A stretch of 62,134 nucleotides of DNA, the filler included, from Squatina squatina (Eukaryota), in NCBI GenBank assembly GCA_031763465.1. It is 4 parts of 3 records of this genome, joined end to end, with 100 filler letters (N's around TTAATTAATTAA, not from the genome) between each part and the next. Parts side by side here need not be neighbours in the genome. Positions count along the whole stretch, not along the records: positions 1 to 24,376 come from JARFOE010000068.1; 3 more parts are not named here. One strand, written 5' to 3'. Below are positions 13,233 through 24,476 of this stretch, in pieces (the stretch's first letter is position 1; every line of letters starts with the position of its first letter). The notes under the pieces are model-generated. The model was not told where the DNA came from and made no database searches. It was given only the letters and a program-made list of their open reading frames with translations. The translations under genes were made by a program, and so were the position numbers.

Positions 13233-13332
13233 NNNNNNNNNNNNNNNNNNNNNNNNNNNNNNNNNNNNNNNNNNNNNNNNNNNNNNNNNNNNNNNNNNNN
13301 NNNNNNNNNNNNNNNNNNNNNNNNNNNNNNNN

Positions 13333-14029
13333 GTGAGGACGGGACTTCGTATCCGCAATGACTGTACAGTGGTCACTGCTACCAAAGCTGTCATGGACTG
13401 ATATATCTGCGACAGGTAGATTGGTGAGGATGAGGTCAAGTAGATTTTTCTGCCTTGTTGGTTCTCACAACACCTGCCACAGGCCCAGTCTGGCAGCTAT
13501 GTCCTTCTGGACTCGGCTAACTCGGTCAGTAGTGGTGCTGTCCAGGCACAATGAAGTGCCCCACCCAGAGTACATTCTGTGCCCTTGCTTCCCTCAGTGT
13601 CTCTTCCAAGTGGTGCTCAACATACAGGAGTACTGATTTATCAGCTGAGGGAGGGAGGTAGGCAGTCTGTCCTGACAGTGGGACAGGACATGCCCAGAGA
13701 TGGTGATGGAGGAATCTGGGACATTGGTTGAAAGGTATGATTCTGTGAGTATGACTATGTCAGGCTGTTGCTGGCCTAGTCTGTGGGACATCTCTCCCAA
13801 TTTTGGCACAACCCCAGATATTTGTGAGGAGGACTTCACAGGGTCGACTGGGCTGGGTGTGCTGTTGTCCTGTCCGAAGCCAAGGCCGGATGGTCCATCT
13901 GGGTTTTGTTCTTATTACTGGTTTTCCTCATGGTTTTGTGCAACTGAATGGCTTGTTAGGCCATTTCAGAGGAGAGTTACGAGTCATGCACATTGCTGTG
14001 GATCTGGAGTCACATATAGGCCAGACCAG
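13333..14029 (-). mobile_element. LINE apurinic endonuclease-region fragment
   Basis: PKLGEMSHRLGQQQPDIVILTESYLSTNVPDSSITISGHVLSHCQDR (APE DIVxLTETW-like motif), degenerate. Confidence 0.8.
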
Positions 14030-14129
14030 NNNNNNNNNNNNNNNNNNNNNNNNNNNNNNNNNNNNNNNNNNNNNNNNNNNNNNNNNNNNNNNNNNNNNNN
14101 NNNNNNNNNNNNNNNNNNNNNNNNNNNNN

Positions 14130-14762
14130 GGGTACGGTCCCACAGAAACTGACTCTCACTGGTGTAAGGGTTCATAGATATTGACTCTCACTGTGGCACG
14201 GGGCCCACAGACACCATCTCTCACTATGGGACAGTACCACAGACACTGTCTCTCACTGAGGTCCAGTTCCACAGACACTGTCTCTCATTGTGAGGACAGT
14301 TCCACAGACAGTGACTCTCACTGGAGTACAGTTCCACAGACACTGTCTCTCAATGGGTACGGTCCCACAGACACTGACTCTCACTGAGGTAGTTCCAGAC
14401 ATTGACTCTCTCTGGGGTGCAGGACCCACAGACACTGACACTAACTGGGGTAAGAAATCCATACACATTATCTCTCACTGGGCTAAGGGTTCCACAGGCA
14501 CTGACTCTCACTGTGGTACAGTTCCACATACACTGACTCTAACTGGTTATGGGTCCCACAGACACTGACTCTCACTGGATGAGTGTTCCCCAGACACTGA
14601 ATCTCACTGGGGTAAGGGTTCCACAGACACTGACTCTCACTGTGTTACGGATTCCACGAGCGCTAACTCTCACTCGGGTACGGGTTCCACAGACACTGAC
14701 TCTCACTGAGGTACGGGTCCACAGACACTGACTCACTCGGGTATGGGTTCCACACACAATGA
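14130..14762. repeat. ~33-bp minisatellite (CCACAGACACTGACTCTCACTGGGGTACGGGTT)
   Basis: About 19 tandem diverged units filling the contig. Confidence 0.93.
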
Positions 14763-14862
14763 NNNNNNNNNNNNNNNNNNNNNNNNNNNNNNNNNNNNNN
14801 NNNNNNNNNNNNNNNNNNNNNNNNNNNNNNNNNNNNNNNNNNNNNNNNNNNNNNNNNNNNNN

Positions 14863-15225
14863 CATTAATAGGATTCAATAGGGTAGATATGGAGAACCTC
14901 GTTTCTCTGGTGGGGAATAACAAATGAGGGGGCATAATCTTAACATTAAAGCTAGGCCATTCAAGAGCAAAATCTGGAAGCACTTGTTCACACAGAGGTT
15001 AGTGGAAATGTGGCATTCTCTCCTTCAAAAGGCTGTGAATGCTGGGAGACAATTGGAGCTTTCAAGACTGAGATTGATAGATTATCGTTCGGTCAGAGTT
15101 TCAAGGGATATGGAGCTAAAGAGGGTAAATAGAGCTAGGCTACAGATCAGCCATGATCCAATTGAATGGCAGAGCAGGCTCGAGGGGCCGAATGGCCTCC
15201 TCCAGTTCCTAATGTTCCTACGAAT
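14863..15225 (+). mobile_element. CR1 3' end
   Basis: RGHNLNIKARPFKSKIWKHLFTQRLVEMWHSL plus CR1 3' UTR. Confidence 0.8.
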
Positions 15226-15467
15226 GTATGATCTTTATATGGGAATTGAATTATATTTGCATCTGATGGTTCAATTATCCTCTGCCGTCTAACCAGGCTT
15301 GGCCATGACTCCCCATCTGCTGCACCATTGAGCAGTATAAGAGTCAATTAATTGATTCTGTGCTACTNNNNNNNNNNNNNNNNNNNNNNNNNNNNNNNNN
15401 NNNNNNNNNNNNNNNNNNNNNNNNNNNNNNNNNNNNNNNNNNNNNNNNNNNNNNNNNNNNNNNNNNN

Positions 15468-16002
15468 TGTCATATTTGACCCCAAAATGAGCTACCGACT
15501 ACATAGCTGTGCCATCACTAAGGCTGCCGATTTCCATCTCTGAACATTGCTCAACTCCATCCTGCCACAGCTCATCCGCTGCTGAAACCCTCATCCATGC
15601 CTTTGTTGTCTGTAGCCTTGAATATTCCAATGCAGTCCTGGTTAAACTCCCACTTTCTACCCTCTGAACTTGAGGTCATCCAAAACTCTGCTGCGTATCC
15701 AAAGTCCCATTAACCCATCACCCCTGTGCTTCCGGTTAAGCAACACCTTGATTTTAAAATTCTCAAACTTGTTTTCAAATCCCTCCATGGCCTTGCCCTT
15801 CCTATCTCTGTAATTGCCTCTAGCCTTACACCCCTCTAAGATATCTGCACCCTTCTAATTCCTGGTCTGTTGAACATCACTGATTTTAATTGCTGCAGCA
15901 TTGGTGGCTGTGCCTTCAGCTGCCGAGCCCCCAATTTCTGGAATCTCCTCCCTAAACCTCTCCGCCTCTCTACTTTGCTTTTTTCCTTTAAAACATGCCC
16001 CG
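15468..16002 (+). mobile_element. L2 LINE ORF2 C-terminal fragment
   Basis: VIFDP...AETLIHAFV..L.YSN...IQNSAA...PITPVL motifs with frameshifts. Confidence 0.8.
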
Positions 16003-16102
16003 NNNNNNNNNNNNNNNNNNNNNNNNNNNNNNNNNNNNNNNNNNNNNNNNNNNNNNNNNNNNNNNNNNNNNNNNNNNNNNNNNNNNNNNNNNNNNNNNNN
16101 NN

Positions 16103-16720
16103 CCTTTATTGCAAGGGGGTGGGAGTATAAGAATAAGGAAGTCTTGCTGCAATTATTTGGAGCTTTGGTGAGATCACACCTGGAGTATTGTGTACACTTT
16201 TAGTCTCCTTACCCAAGGAGGGATGCAATGAAGGTTCACAAGATGATTCCTGGGATGAGAGGGCTGCCTTATGAGGAGAGATTGAATTGACTGGGCCTAT
16301 GTTCTCTCAGGTTTAGAAGAATGAGAGATGATCTCATCGAAACCTATAAAATTCTTAGAGGGCTTGGCAGGGTAGATGCAGGGAGGATGTGTCCCTGGCT
16401 GGAGAGTCTAAAACTAGGGGTCATAGTCTCAGAATAAGGGGTCAGCCATTTAGGACTGAGATAAGGAGAAATTTCTTAACTGAGGGTTGGAAATCTTTGG
16501 AATTCTCCGCCCCAGAGGGCTGTGGATGCTGAATCGTTGAGTTTATTCAAGGCTGAGATAGATAGATTTGTTGACTCTAGGGAAATCAAGGGAAAGGGAG
16601 ATCGAGCAGGACAGTGGAGTTGAGGTCTAAGATCAACCATGATCTTGTTGAATGGTGGAGCAGTCTCGAAGGGGGCCAGATGGCTTACTCCTGCTCCTAA
16701 TTCTTATGTTTTGTGTATTA
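16103..16720 (+). mobile_element. CR1 LINE 3' end
   Basis: FIARGWEYKNKEVLLQLFGALVRSHLEYCVHF followed by the CR1 3' UTR. Confidence 0.88.
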
Positions 16721-16820
16721 NNNNNNNNNNNNNNNNNNNNNNNNNNNNNNNNNNNNNNNNNNNNNNNNNNNNNNNNNNNNNNNNNNNNNNNNNNNNNNNN
16801 NNNNNNNNNNNNNNNNNNNN

Positions 16821-17090
16821 GGTGAGTCTAGAATTAGAAGTCACAGTCTCAGAATAAGGCGTCGGCCATTAGGACTGAGATGAGGAGAAATTTCTTCACT
16901 CAGAGGGTGGTGAATCTTTGGAATTCTCTACCCGAGTGGGCTGTGGAGGCTCAGTCATTGAGTATATTCAAGACAGAGATCGATAGATTTTTAGATACTA
17001 AGGCGCCAAGGGATATGGGGGTAGAGCAGGAAGGTGAAGTTGAAGTAGAAGATTAGCCATGGTCTACTCCTGCTCCTATTTCTTATATCT
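16821..17090 (+). mobile_element. CR1 LINE 3' end
   Basis: Near-identical to 52800-53110. Confidence 0.85.
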
Positions 17091-17103
17091 TTCCAGCACA
17101 AAC

Positions 17104-17228
17104 CTCTTGTTTTTCTTCAAGTGGTTTCATTTGTTCCTGATTTCTGATGAATTCTTCTTCCATTAACAGATAATCTTTTATCCTCTCCAGTTTCAGCAGC
17201 TTCAGTCTGCACTGCGTGTGAGGAGTCA
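17104..17228 (-). CDS. PSMC1: 26S proteasome AAA-ATPase Rpt2, internal exon
   Basis: 125-nt exon, aacag| to |gtttgt; encodes (V)[41 protein letters not shown]; not in the ORF track. Confidence 0.95.
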
Positions 17229-18175
17229 CTGTTACAATTGAATGAATGAAAGAGATGAATTATTCTCAGAGCCAATTCACACGGAGGCTCTCACAGTTGT
17301 TGACAATGCTTTACTGAGGCGTTTTAAGGGATTGCCCATCAGGGAACCAACCCCTCCACACAAGATGATCTGGAATTCTGTCTCCTCAATATCAAGAGTT
17401 AGAAATTGCTGATGGTGACTGAAGCTATGAGCTCCAGCAGGAAAGCTCGAAACGAAGTGTACGAAGTAACTGGATTAAATCACAACCAAAAGTGAAAACA
17501 AAGGAACTGAATTAAACCATGACTGGGAGTAACTTAAAGCCGTAGAACAACCTTGTGATTCAGCTGACTGCTTGATATCAAGGCTAGGGTGTGACAATAA
17601 TACACAGTTGCTGTTTGAATTCAGGTGAATTAGACCAAGCCCAGGCTTAGCCAAGAAATATGTTCTGTGATGACAACAAAATTCACAGATTTTTTTAAAT
17701 TTTTACATGAACAGATCGTGCAGTGCATTTTATAATTAAAATATTATGCTTGTAGAAGTCAGAGATAGAATATGAATCAAGTTTTTAAAAAGTGGTGAAG
17801 CGCAGGAGTAATAAACGGGCGATGTTAGAAGAAATTCTGCCTTCGCAAAGGCGGCAGACATTACGCAGAACAAAAAAGGTGGACAAAATATTGGATTTTG
17901 AAAGAGATGTGGAATGTTTTAGAGACAGGTGACAATTTATTACCCTGCAGAACATTTGTGGTTCCAGCGCTGTTGGGATTATGGGAATGTCATTTGTGAA
18001 ATGCAGCCAGTTCAAGGTCAAATAATGCGGGCTGACACCCCTGAGCGCTTGCTCAGCTTCCTCTCGGTTCGGGAAGAACGGGACACCTTTTGGGAGCTTT
18101 ATTTGTGGCTAATTCACCTAAAACAGTAGAGGGAGCCAATGCCTTTCCTGATTCCACACTCTGGTAACAGGGCTA

Positions 18176-18319
<144 letters not shown>

Positions 18320-18651
18320 TCAAAAACAAAAAAAAGTTATTTTTAATCTCCCGAATCTGTATATGTTTATCCATGTATGTAGTTGTGACTTCACGTCACT
18401 GCACTGCATTTAGATTTTGACCAGCGCACACAACAGCTACCAAGTGGCCATTTCACCAATAGGTAAGCACTGCAACAACTGAAGCTGCTGCGCCTCGGTC
18501 ACGATACTGGGAACGTCTGTACGATCAAAGTAATCAAGCTAAGGAAAAAGGGAGCACTGGCTCCTGGGAACAAAGGGAACAGCGCTCCCGGAAAACATTC
18601 ATTAAAACAAAAGGGGAACAACAGAAGAGTAGAGGAATATCACGACTTACA

Positions 18652-18830
18652 GAGAATGCTGGAAATACTCAGCAGGTCAGGCAGCATCTGTGGAGTGGGA
18701 AATAGATCAAACGCTCCAGGTCGTTCTGACGAAAGGTCATCGGCCTGAAAGGCCTCAGATGCTGCTGAGTACTTCCAGCATTTTCTGTTTTTATTTCAGA
18801 CTTCCAGCATCCACAGAATTTTGCTTTTGT
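18652..18830 (+). mobile_element. Palindromic Penelope-like (pLTR-derived) element with a hammerhead-like core
   Basis: Inverted arms aatgctggaaatactcagcag...gcagcatctg and cagatgctgctgagtacttccagcatt surround CTGACGA-AAGGTCATCGGCCT-GAAA; related copies at 23555-23670 and 48325-48497. Confidence 0.6.
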
Positions 18831-18844
18831 ATCACAAATTACAT

Positions 18845-19304
18845 ATGGAGATTGGAGTAGAATGGGCCTATATTCTCTGGAGTTTAGAAGAATGAGAGGT
18901 GATCTCATTGAACAGTATAAAATTCTTAGAGGGCTTGACAGGGTAGATGCGAAGAGACTGTTTCCCCTAGCTGGACAGTAAGAATATAAGAAATAGGAGC
19001 AGGAGTAGGCCATACAGCCCTTTGAGCCTGCTCTGCCTTTCAATAAGATAATGCCTGAACTTCTATCTCAACTCCACCTTCTCGCCTATTCCCCATATCT
19101 CTAGATTCCCTTGGTATCTAAGAATCTATCGATCTCGGCCTTGAATATACTCAACAACTGGGGTAGGGAATTCCAAAGATTCACAACCCTCTGGGTCAAG
19201 AAATTTCTCATCTCAGTCCTAAATGGTCGACCCCTTATCCTGAGAGTCTAGAACAAGGGGTTATGGGGATAGAGCAGGTAAGTGGAGTCATTGCAGAAGT
19301 TCAG
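18845..19304. mobile_element. Nested CR1 fragments in both orientations
   Basis: ggcctatattctctggagtttagaagaatgagagg (plus) followed by aggagcaggagtaggccat (minus tail). Confidence 0.75.
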
Positions 19305-19404
19305 NNNNNNNNNNNNNNNNNNNNNNNNNNNNNNNNNNNNNNNNNNNNNNNNNNNNNNNNNNNNNNNNNNNNNNNNNNNNNNNNNNNNNNNNNNNNNNNN
19401 NNNN

Positions 19405-19598
19405 CAACTAACATCACGAAAAACAGATGATCTGGTCATTTATCTCATTTGTGCTGTGGGAGCTTGCTGTGCGCTAATTGATTGCCGAGTTTCCTACATT
19501 ACAACAGTGACTGCACTTAAGAATGTGCTTCATTGACTCTGAAGTGCTTTGGGACACCCTGAGGTGGTGACAGGCGCTGTAGAAATGCAAATGCTTTT
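19405..19598 (+). mobile_element. Deu-domain SINE 3' half
   Basis: acagatgatctggtcatt...gtgggagcttgctgtgcg...acaacagtgactgcac; reverse complement of 30940-31100. Confidence 0.75.
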
Positions 19599-20074
19599 CT
19601 GGTGTTTGAGAAATACCAGGCTTGAATATTCTCACACTCTTGTAACACATTCCAGACAGTGGGTTAGTGTGTAAATGTATCGTGGGGTCGGGACAGTGTT
19701 GAAGGTTGAATGCCATCCTTGCAATTTATGGTGTCACTGCAACTCCAGGCTGTGTTTCTTTGATTGCCCACTACCCCGTTCGATTGCCAGTTGTTGCTTC
19801 TGTCTTATTCCTGGTTTCTATCTTCATCCTCTGACGATGTCGTCGATGATTTTTTGCCCATCATGTCTGTCTCGGGTAACGTAAGCTCAGGGCTGGTGAG
19901 GTGGGCAGTTGGGATTGCTGCCCCGGGGCCCGGGGCCCGTTGAGGGACCCAGGCCTGGGCCCGAGCTCTTTTTTTGGCAGTCGTTTTTGCACGGTAATCG
20001 TTTAAACGGGGGCCGGCGAGGTTGTTTGACCCGGGGCCCGTGCTGGCTCTCGACACCCCTGCATAAGTTGCGAA

Positions 20075-20430
20075 TAATATTGTGTCAGAGCAAGAGCGCA
20101 GTGCAGAACCGAGTTATACTGACTGGGAAAAGGGTCCCAGGTTCTACTTTGCGTCTGTGTTGAATTTAGCTGATCAGAGTCAGGGTGGTTACGGGGATGG
20201 GGCGGTTGATTCTGGGCCCAGCCCCCTGCCCCCAGGGAGGGGAAAATCGGACGGAATTCTCTGCTGTTCAGTTCATGTGGGTGGTGGGGCGGTAGGTGAG
20301 GAAATGATCGGGCTGGGCTGCGATGCCTCACCCAGTTGAAGAGGCTGCACCGTTCGCTGTGTCGGCTCGCACATGGGGAATGATCTCATGGGTGGGGGTA
20401 CTTGAGACGGCGGCTGGCTCCCGTGGCCCA
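20075..20430 (+). mobile_element. Old, diverged SINE-like interspersed repeat
   Basis: Shares tctgtg(c/t)tga.ttag(c)tgatc, ggggaaaatc and ctg(c/t)gatgcc...ggctc.cac motifs with minus-strand copies at 27125-27320 and 50250-50470. Confidence 0.45.
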
Positions 20431-20543
20431 GTGAGAGTCGGCACCTGCGGGGCTGGGGTAGTACTTTTTGCTCTGAAATCAGCCGGGAATACACCTTTTT
20501 CTTGTTGTTTTTCTTCTCTCCAGGTCTATCTAGTCTTCCTATA

Positions 20544-22554
20544 ATGGGCGACATGACGACTCCTGATTTTGATGACCTGTTGGCAGCCTTTGACATTCCC
20601 GATCTGGATCCGAAGGACACCATCGAGTCGGGCCAGGACGAGGCCCCTTTGAAAGCGACCCCGACAGCCACTGGCAAGACTCCCGGCGCCGAGCTGCCCC
20701 TGCCCGACGAACCGCCAGTCAGCGTGATCGTGAAGAACAGCGCCAGCCCCAAACGCGGTGAGCCCGCCCCTGCCCCCAACAAGGACGCCCGCCGCTTTGA
20801 AGCCAGCCCCATGCACAACGGCTTCGAGTCCGCCCCGGCGCCAAAGTCACCGGGGTCGCCGGCCCCCGACCGCGAGAGCTGGCCGGACGACCAGCCGGAA
20901 ATGGGTGCGACTGGCGGGCGGAAAGAAGCGGAGGGGCTCCCCCCGCCCTTCAGTCCGGTCGAGGACGCCGTGAAGACCGAGAAACAGCCAAGCGAGGACA
21001 AGGACGAAGACGCCCGGTGCTTCTCTCCGCAGTCCCCCCTCTTTCCCGTTCCTCCGGACTCCCAGGCGTCCGATCCCCGAATGTCGAGCGAGGACGTTGT
21101 GGAAAAATCGCCTGCGGTATATTCCCGGCGATTTTCCCTGGACGACGAGGAGCAGAGGAGGACCAACGGCAAAGCCAGATCCTCTGAGGAGGACGACGAG
21201 GAAGAGGAGGAGGAGGACGACGAGGAAGAGGAGGAGGAGGAGGAGGACGAGGACGAGGAGGAGAAGCAGCAGCAATCAGACATGGAGTCGGAGATGATGG
21301 AGCAGAGCAGCGAGCCAGAAGCCAGCCTGCCCGAGGAACCCGACGAGGCAAGGGATGATCCCGCCTCCTCCCCCGTCCCAATCTCTCCTGCCTCGCCGTG
21401 GCCAGATCCCAATCCGAACTCGAGCGTGACGGTGTCGACCGACCCGAAGTCCCCCGGCGGGCCCGCTGAGCAGCAGCTGCCGAGCCCCGCCGAGTCCTCG
21501 ACCTCCAAGGGGAGTCCCAAGGGGTTTCCTTCGCCCCCGACCCTCGGCCGGCCGATTAAGAAGCAGCCCGACAGCCCCCGGAGCGTCTCCAGCAACGACG
21601 GCGACGACAGCAGCAGCAAGGAGTCCTCCTCCACCAGCTCCTCCCGGCCCCTGAAGGTGCGAATCAAGACCATCAAGACCTCCAGCGGGGGCATCATGCG
21701 GACGGTGACCCGGGTCTCATCCGATTCCGAGCTGCGGGCCGATCGAGCCGCCGAGGACGGAGCAGTGGTGGGTGATGAAGAGCAGTTGGAGGAAGAGCGG
21801 ATCGAGGAGGAGGAGGAGGAGGAGGAGGAGGAGGGAGGGGCGAGTCTGCTTCCCCCCGGGGCGNNNNNNNNNNNNNNNNNNNNNGAGGTAGTCAGTCTGC
21901 AGCTAGGCAACGGCACCATTGTGAAGGGGACGGTCCTGCCCCCGTCCACCTTCCAGAACGCTAGCACGGCCATGCTGATGGCTGCCAGCATCGCGCAGAA
22001 GGCCACTCTGGCGCCCGCCAACGCAGCGGGGGGAATCATTGTCGCTGCCGCCAAGCCTGTCTCCAAAAGCGTCCACTTGGCCAGCCTGAACCTGGTGCCC
22101 CAGACGCTGCCCGCGGCGACCCCGACCAAGACCCTGGCCCTGGCGCCCAAGTACGCTGCCACCACCACCACCACCACCACCCTCCAGCTGGCTACCAAAG
22201 CAGTGAGCAGCACCCTGGCGGCGCAGAAGAGTGCCCAGGCCGCCGTGTCCCGCACCCAGGCCCCCCTGGTGGAGGCGTTCCACAAGCTGTTGAACGGGAA
22301 GAACCCGCTGCCAACCTACAAGCCCAACCTCAGCCCGCCGGCGGAGAGCTGCCTGACGCTGCCCCCCTCCGGCTACCGCTGCCTGGAGTGCGGCGACTCC
22401 TTCGCCCTGGAGAGGAGCCTGGCCCGCCACTATGACCGGCGCAGCATGAGGATCGACGTGACGTGCAACCACTGCGCCAAGAGGCTGGTCTTCTTCAACC
22501 GCTGTAGCCTGATGCTGCACGCCCGCGAGCACAAGGACAAGGGGCTGGTCATGC
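20544..22554 (+). CDS. ZNF687: Zinc finger protein 687, first large coding exon (small internal N gap; 3' end truncated at contig end)
   Basis: Acceptor ctccag| at 20523/4; [20 protein letters not shown] start; [49 protein letters not shown] and the C2H2-like [27 protein letters not shown] fit ZNF687 better than ZNF532/592; 1q21-type neighbours. Confidence 0.9.
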
Positions 22555-22721
22555 TACATGTTTGTNNNNNNNNNNNNNNNNNNNNNNNNNNNNNNNNNNN
22601 NNNNNNNNNNNNNNNNNNNNNNNNNNNNNNNNNNNNNNNNNNNNNNNNNNNNNNNNNNNNNNNNNGGCCGAATGGCCGACTCCTGCTCCTGATTCTTAAC
22701 GTTCTTCTGTTCTGCCGACAG

Positions 22722-23031
22722 CAAAGTTGAGTCGAAGGAGCACCTGAAGCCCACGCCGCTGATCCTGGACGACCAGGGCCGGACGGTGGACGCCACGGGC
22801 AAGGAGGTGGAGCTGACCCACCGGATGCCCACGCTGAAAGCCAACATCCGGGCGGTGAAGCGGGAGCAGTTCAAGCAGCTGCTGCTGAAGGAGAAGCCGG
22901 CCGATGACCTGGAGTCCAACACCTTCTACGACCCCCGCGTGCCCGTCCTCCCCTCCCAGCGCCAGAAGAGGCTCTTCCGCTTCCACGAGAGGGGCAAGTT
23001 CGAGAAAATAGCCCAGAGGATCCGCACCAAG
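22722..23031 (+). CDS. PRPF3: U4/U6 snRNP protein Prp3, internal exon
   Basis: acag| to |gtacca; [52 protein letters not shown]...[13 protein letters not shown]. Confidence 0.95.
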
Positions 23032-23049
23032 GTACCAGTGGGCCGCTCG

Positions 23050-23330
23050 GGGAATGAACTGGCTTGGGTGGTATCAAAACCCCTGACACTGGGACTGGGT
23101 CCCCTGAAGACAGAGTGGACATGTATGTTAATGAGATGGGATCAAACGGGTTTGGGAGTCCTTGAGTCAGACTGGATGTTGGCCCACAATATAATAGTCG
23201 ACCTGAAAAATGATTGCCTATGGAGAGGAGTAGAGGACAATGAATCGGAGGAGGTAATAGTGATCCCCAGTGACGGGACTCGTAACAACAACATAGCTAT
23301 AATATGCTGCTGAGACCCATATGATTTGAC
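23050..23330 (+). mobile_element. Putative LTR-retroelement/ERV aspartic protease C-terminal remnant
   Basis: [50 protein letters not shown] resembles the retropepsin ILGxDWLxxxxxxID motif. Confidence 0.5.
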
Positions 23331-24089
23331 NNNNNNNNNNNNNNNNNNNNNNNNNNNNNNNNNNNNNNNNNNNNNNNNNNNNNNNNNNNNNNNNNNNNNN
23401 NNNNNNNNNNNNNNNNNNNNNNNNNNNNNNTTGAAGTTGAAGATCAGCCATGATCTCATTGAATAGCAGAGCAGGCTCGAGGGGCCGACTCCTTCTAACT
23501 CTTATATCACGTAAGAACTTGCAGTGTAATCCAAAATTGGGCCAGTACATGTACTGAAGTCAAAACTGAAAATGCTAGAAATACACAGCAGGTTAGGCAA
23601 CATCTGTAAAGTGAAGAGACGGGTTAAACATCTGGACGTGTATCCTTCATCAGAACTGAAGCCTGAAAGATAAACGGGCGTTTTAGGAAGGTTCGGGAAA
23701 TGATAGAAAATGGGGGAGAGGGAGATCATCAGCAAGATACACCACTCGCCTAGAGGGAGTTGATGGACTCGTTGATTTGCAAAATGCCTAATAGAAAGTA
23801 ATTTGATGCGAAAGATCGTTATGTGCGGAGATATTGAAAAAGGAGAAAAGAATGAGGAAATGGGGGCAGCAAAGGAGAGATCTACACAAACAAAATGTGC
23901 ACATCCCTTTGTCCCTGTCATATAATAAATGCAGACATAACACTGGATGACTCTATGACGAAACTCAAATAACAAACTTTACATCCGAATCAGTCACCAG
24001 GTGTTAAAAGCTGCGTCAAGTGTTAGCTGTGGTGGTTCCAAACGAGCACTAATTCTCACACGTCCTTTTACTTTTTTGCCTTTCTTTAG

Positions 24090-24190
24090 GGATCCTTACA
24101 TTCGCAAATCAGTGGAGCGAATATTCACAATATGGGAGCAGAGGAGCGTCTACCCGGAGGAATTGATTGTGGACCTGCGAGCTGCTCTTG
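24090..24190 (+). CDS. RPRD2: Regulation of nuclear pre-mRNA domain-containing 2, CID-domain exon
   Basis: 101-nt exon, tttag| to |gtgagc; DPYIRKSVERIFTIWEQRSVYPEELIVDLRAAL (human recalled as [33 protein letters not shown]); follows PRPF3 as in human. Confidence 0.88.
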
Positions 24191-24376
24191 GTGAGCGCAG
24201 TTTGTGGGTTTTTTAAAAAATTTTTTACAAAGACTGAACGGTGTTGGTTCAAGGAATGTTGAGAGAAGATACTTGTATTTTTTTTTAAAGCAGGAAACTT
24301 CACGCTGAATAGTAACATGCCTCAGTTATTCAAGTTCCTTCTTGCAGCTGGGGACGTTGCTGTAAGCTTATAGTCC

Positions 24377-24476
24377 NNNNNNNNNNNNNNNNNNNNNNNN
24401 NNNNNNNNNNNNNNNNNNNNTTAATTAATTAANNNNNNNNNNNNNNNNNNNNNNNNNNNNNNNNNNNNNNNNNNNN
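24377..24476. other. Artificial scaffold-joining linker N44-TTAATTAATTAA-N44
   Basis: 12-mer with stops in all six frames centred in a 100-nt spacer; gene context changes on either side. Confidence 0.95.

Noticed and set aside
20273-22285. 670-aa minus-strand ORF
   Set aside because: Antisense shadow of the GC3-rich ZNF687 exon; low complexity and no domain
24421-24432. TTAATTAATTAA as a biological motif (PacI/homeobox/piggyBac site)
   Set aside because: Exactly centred in N spacers three times; synthetic linker
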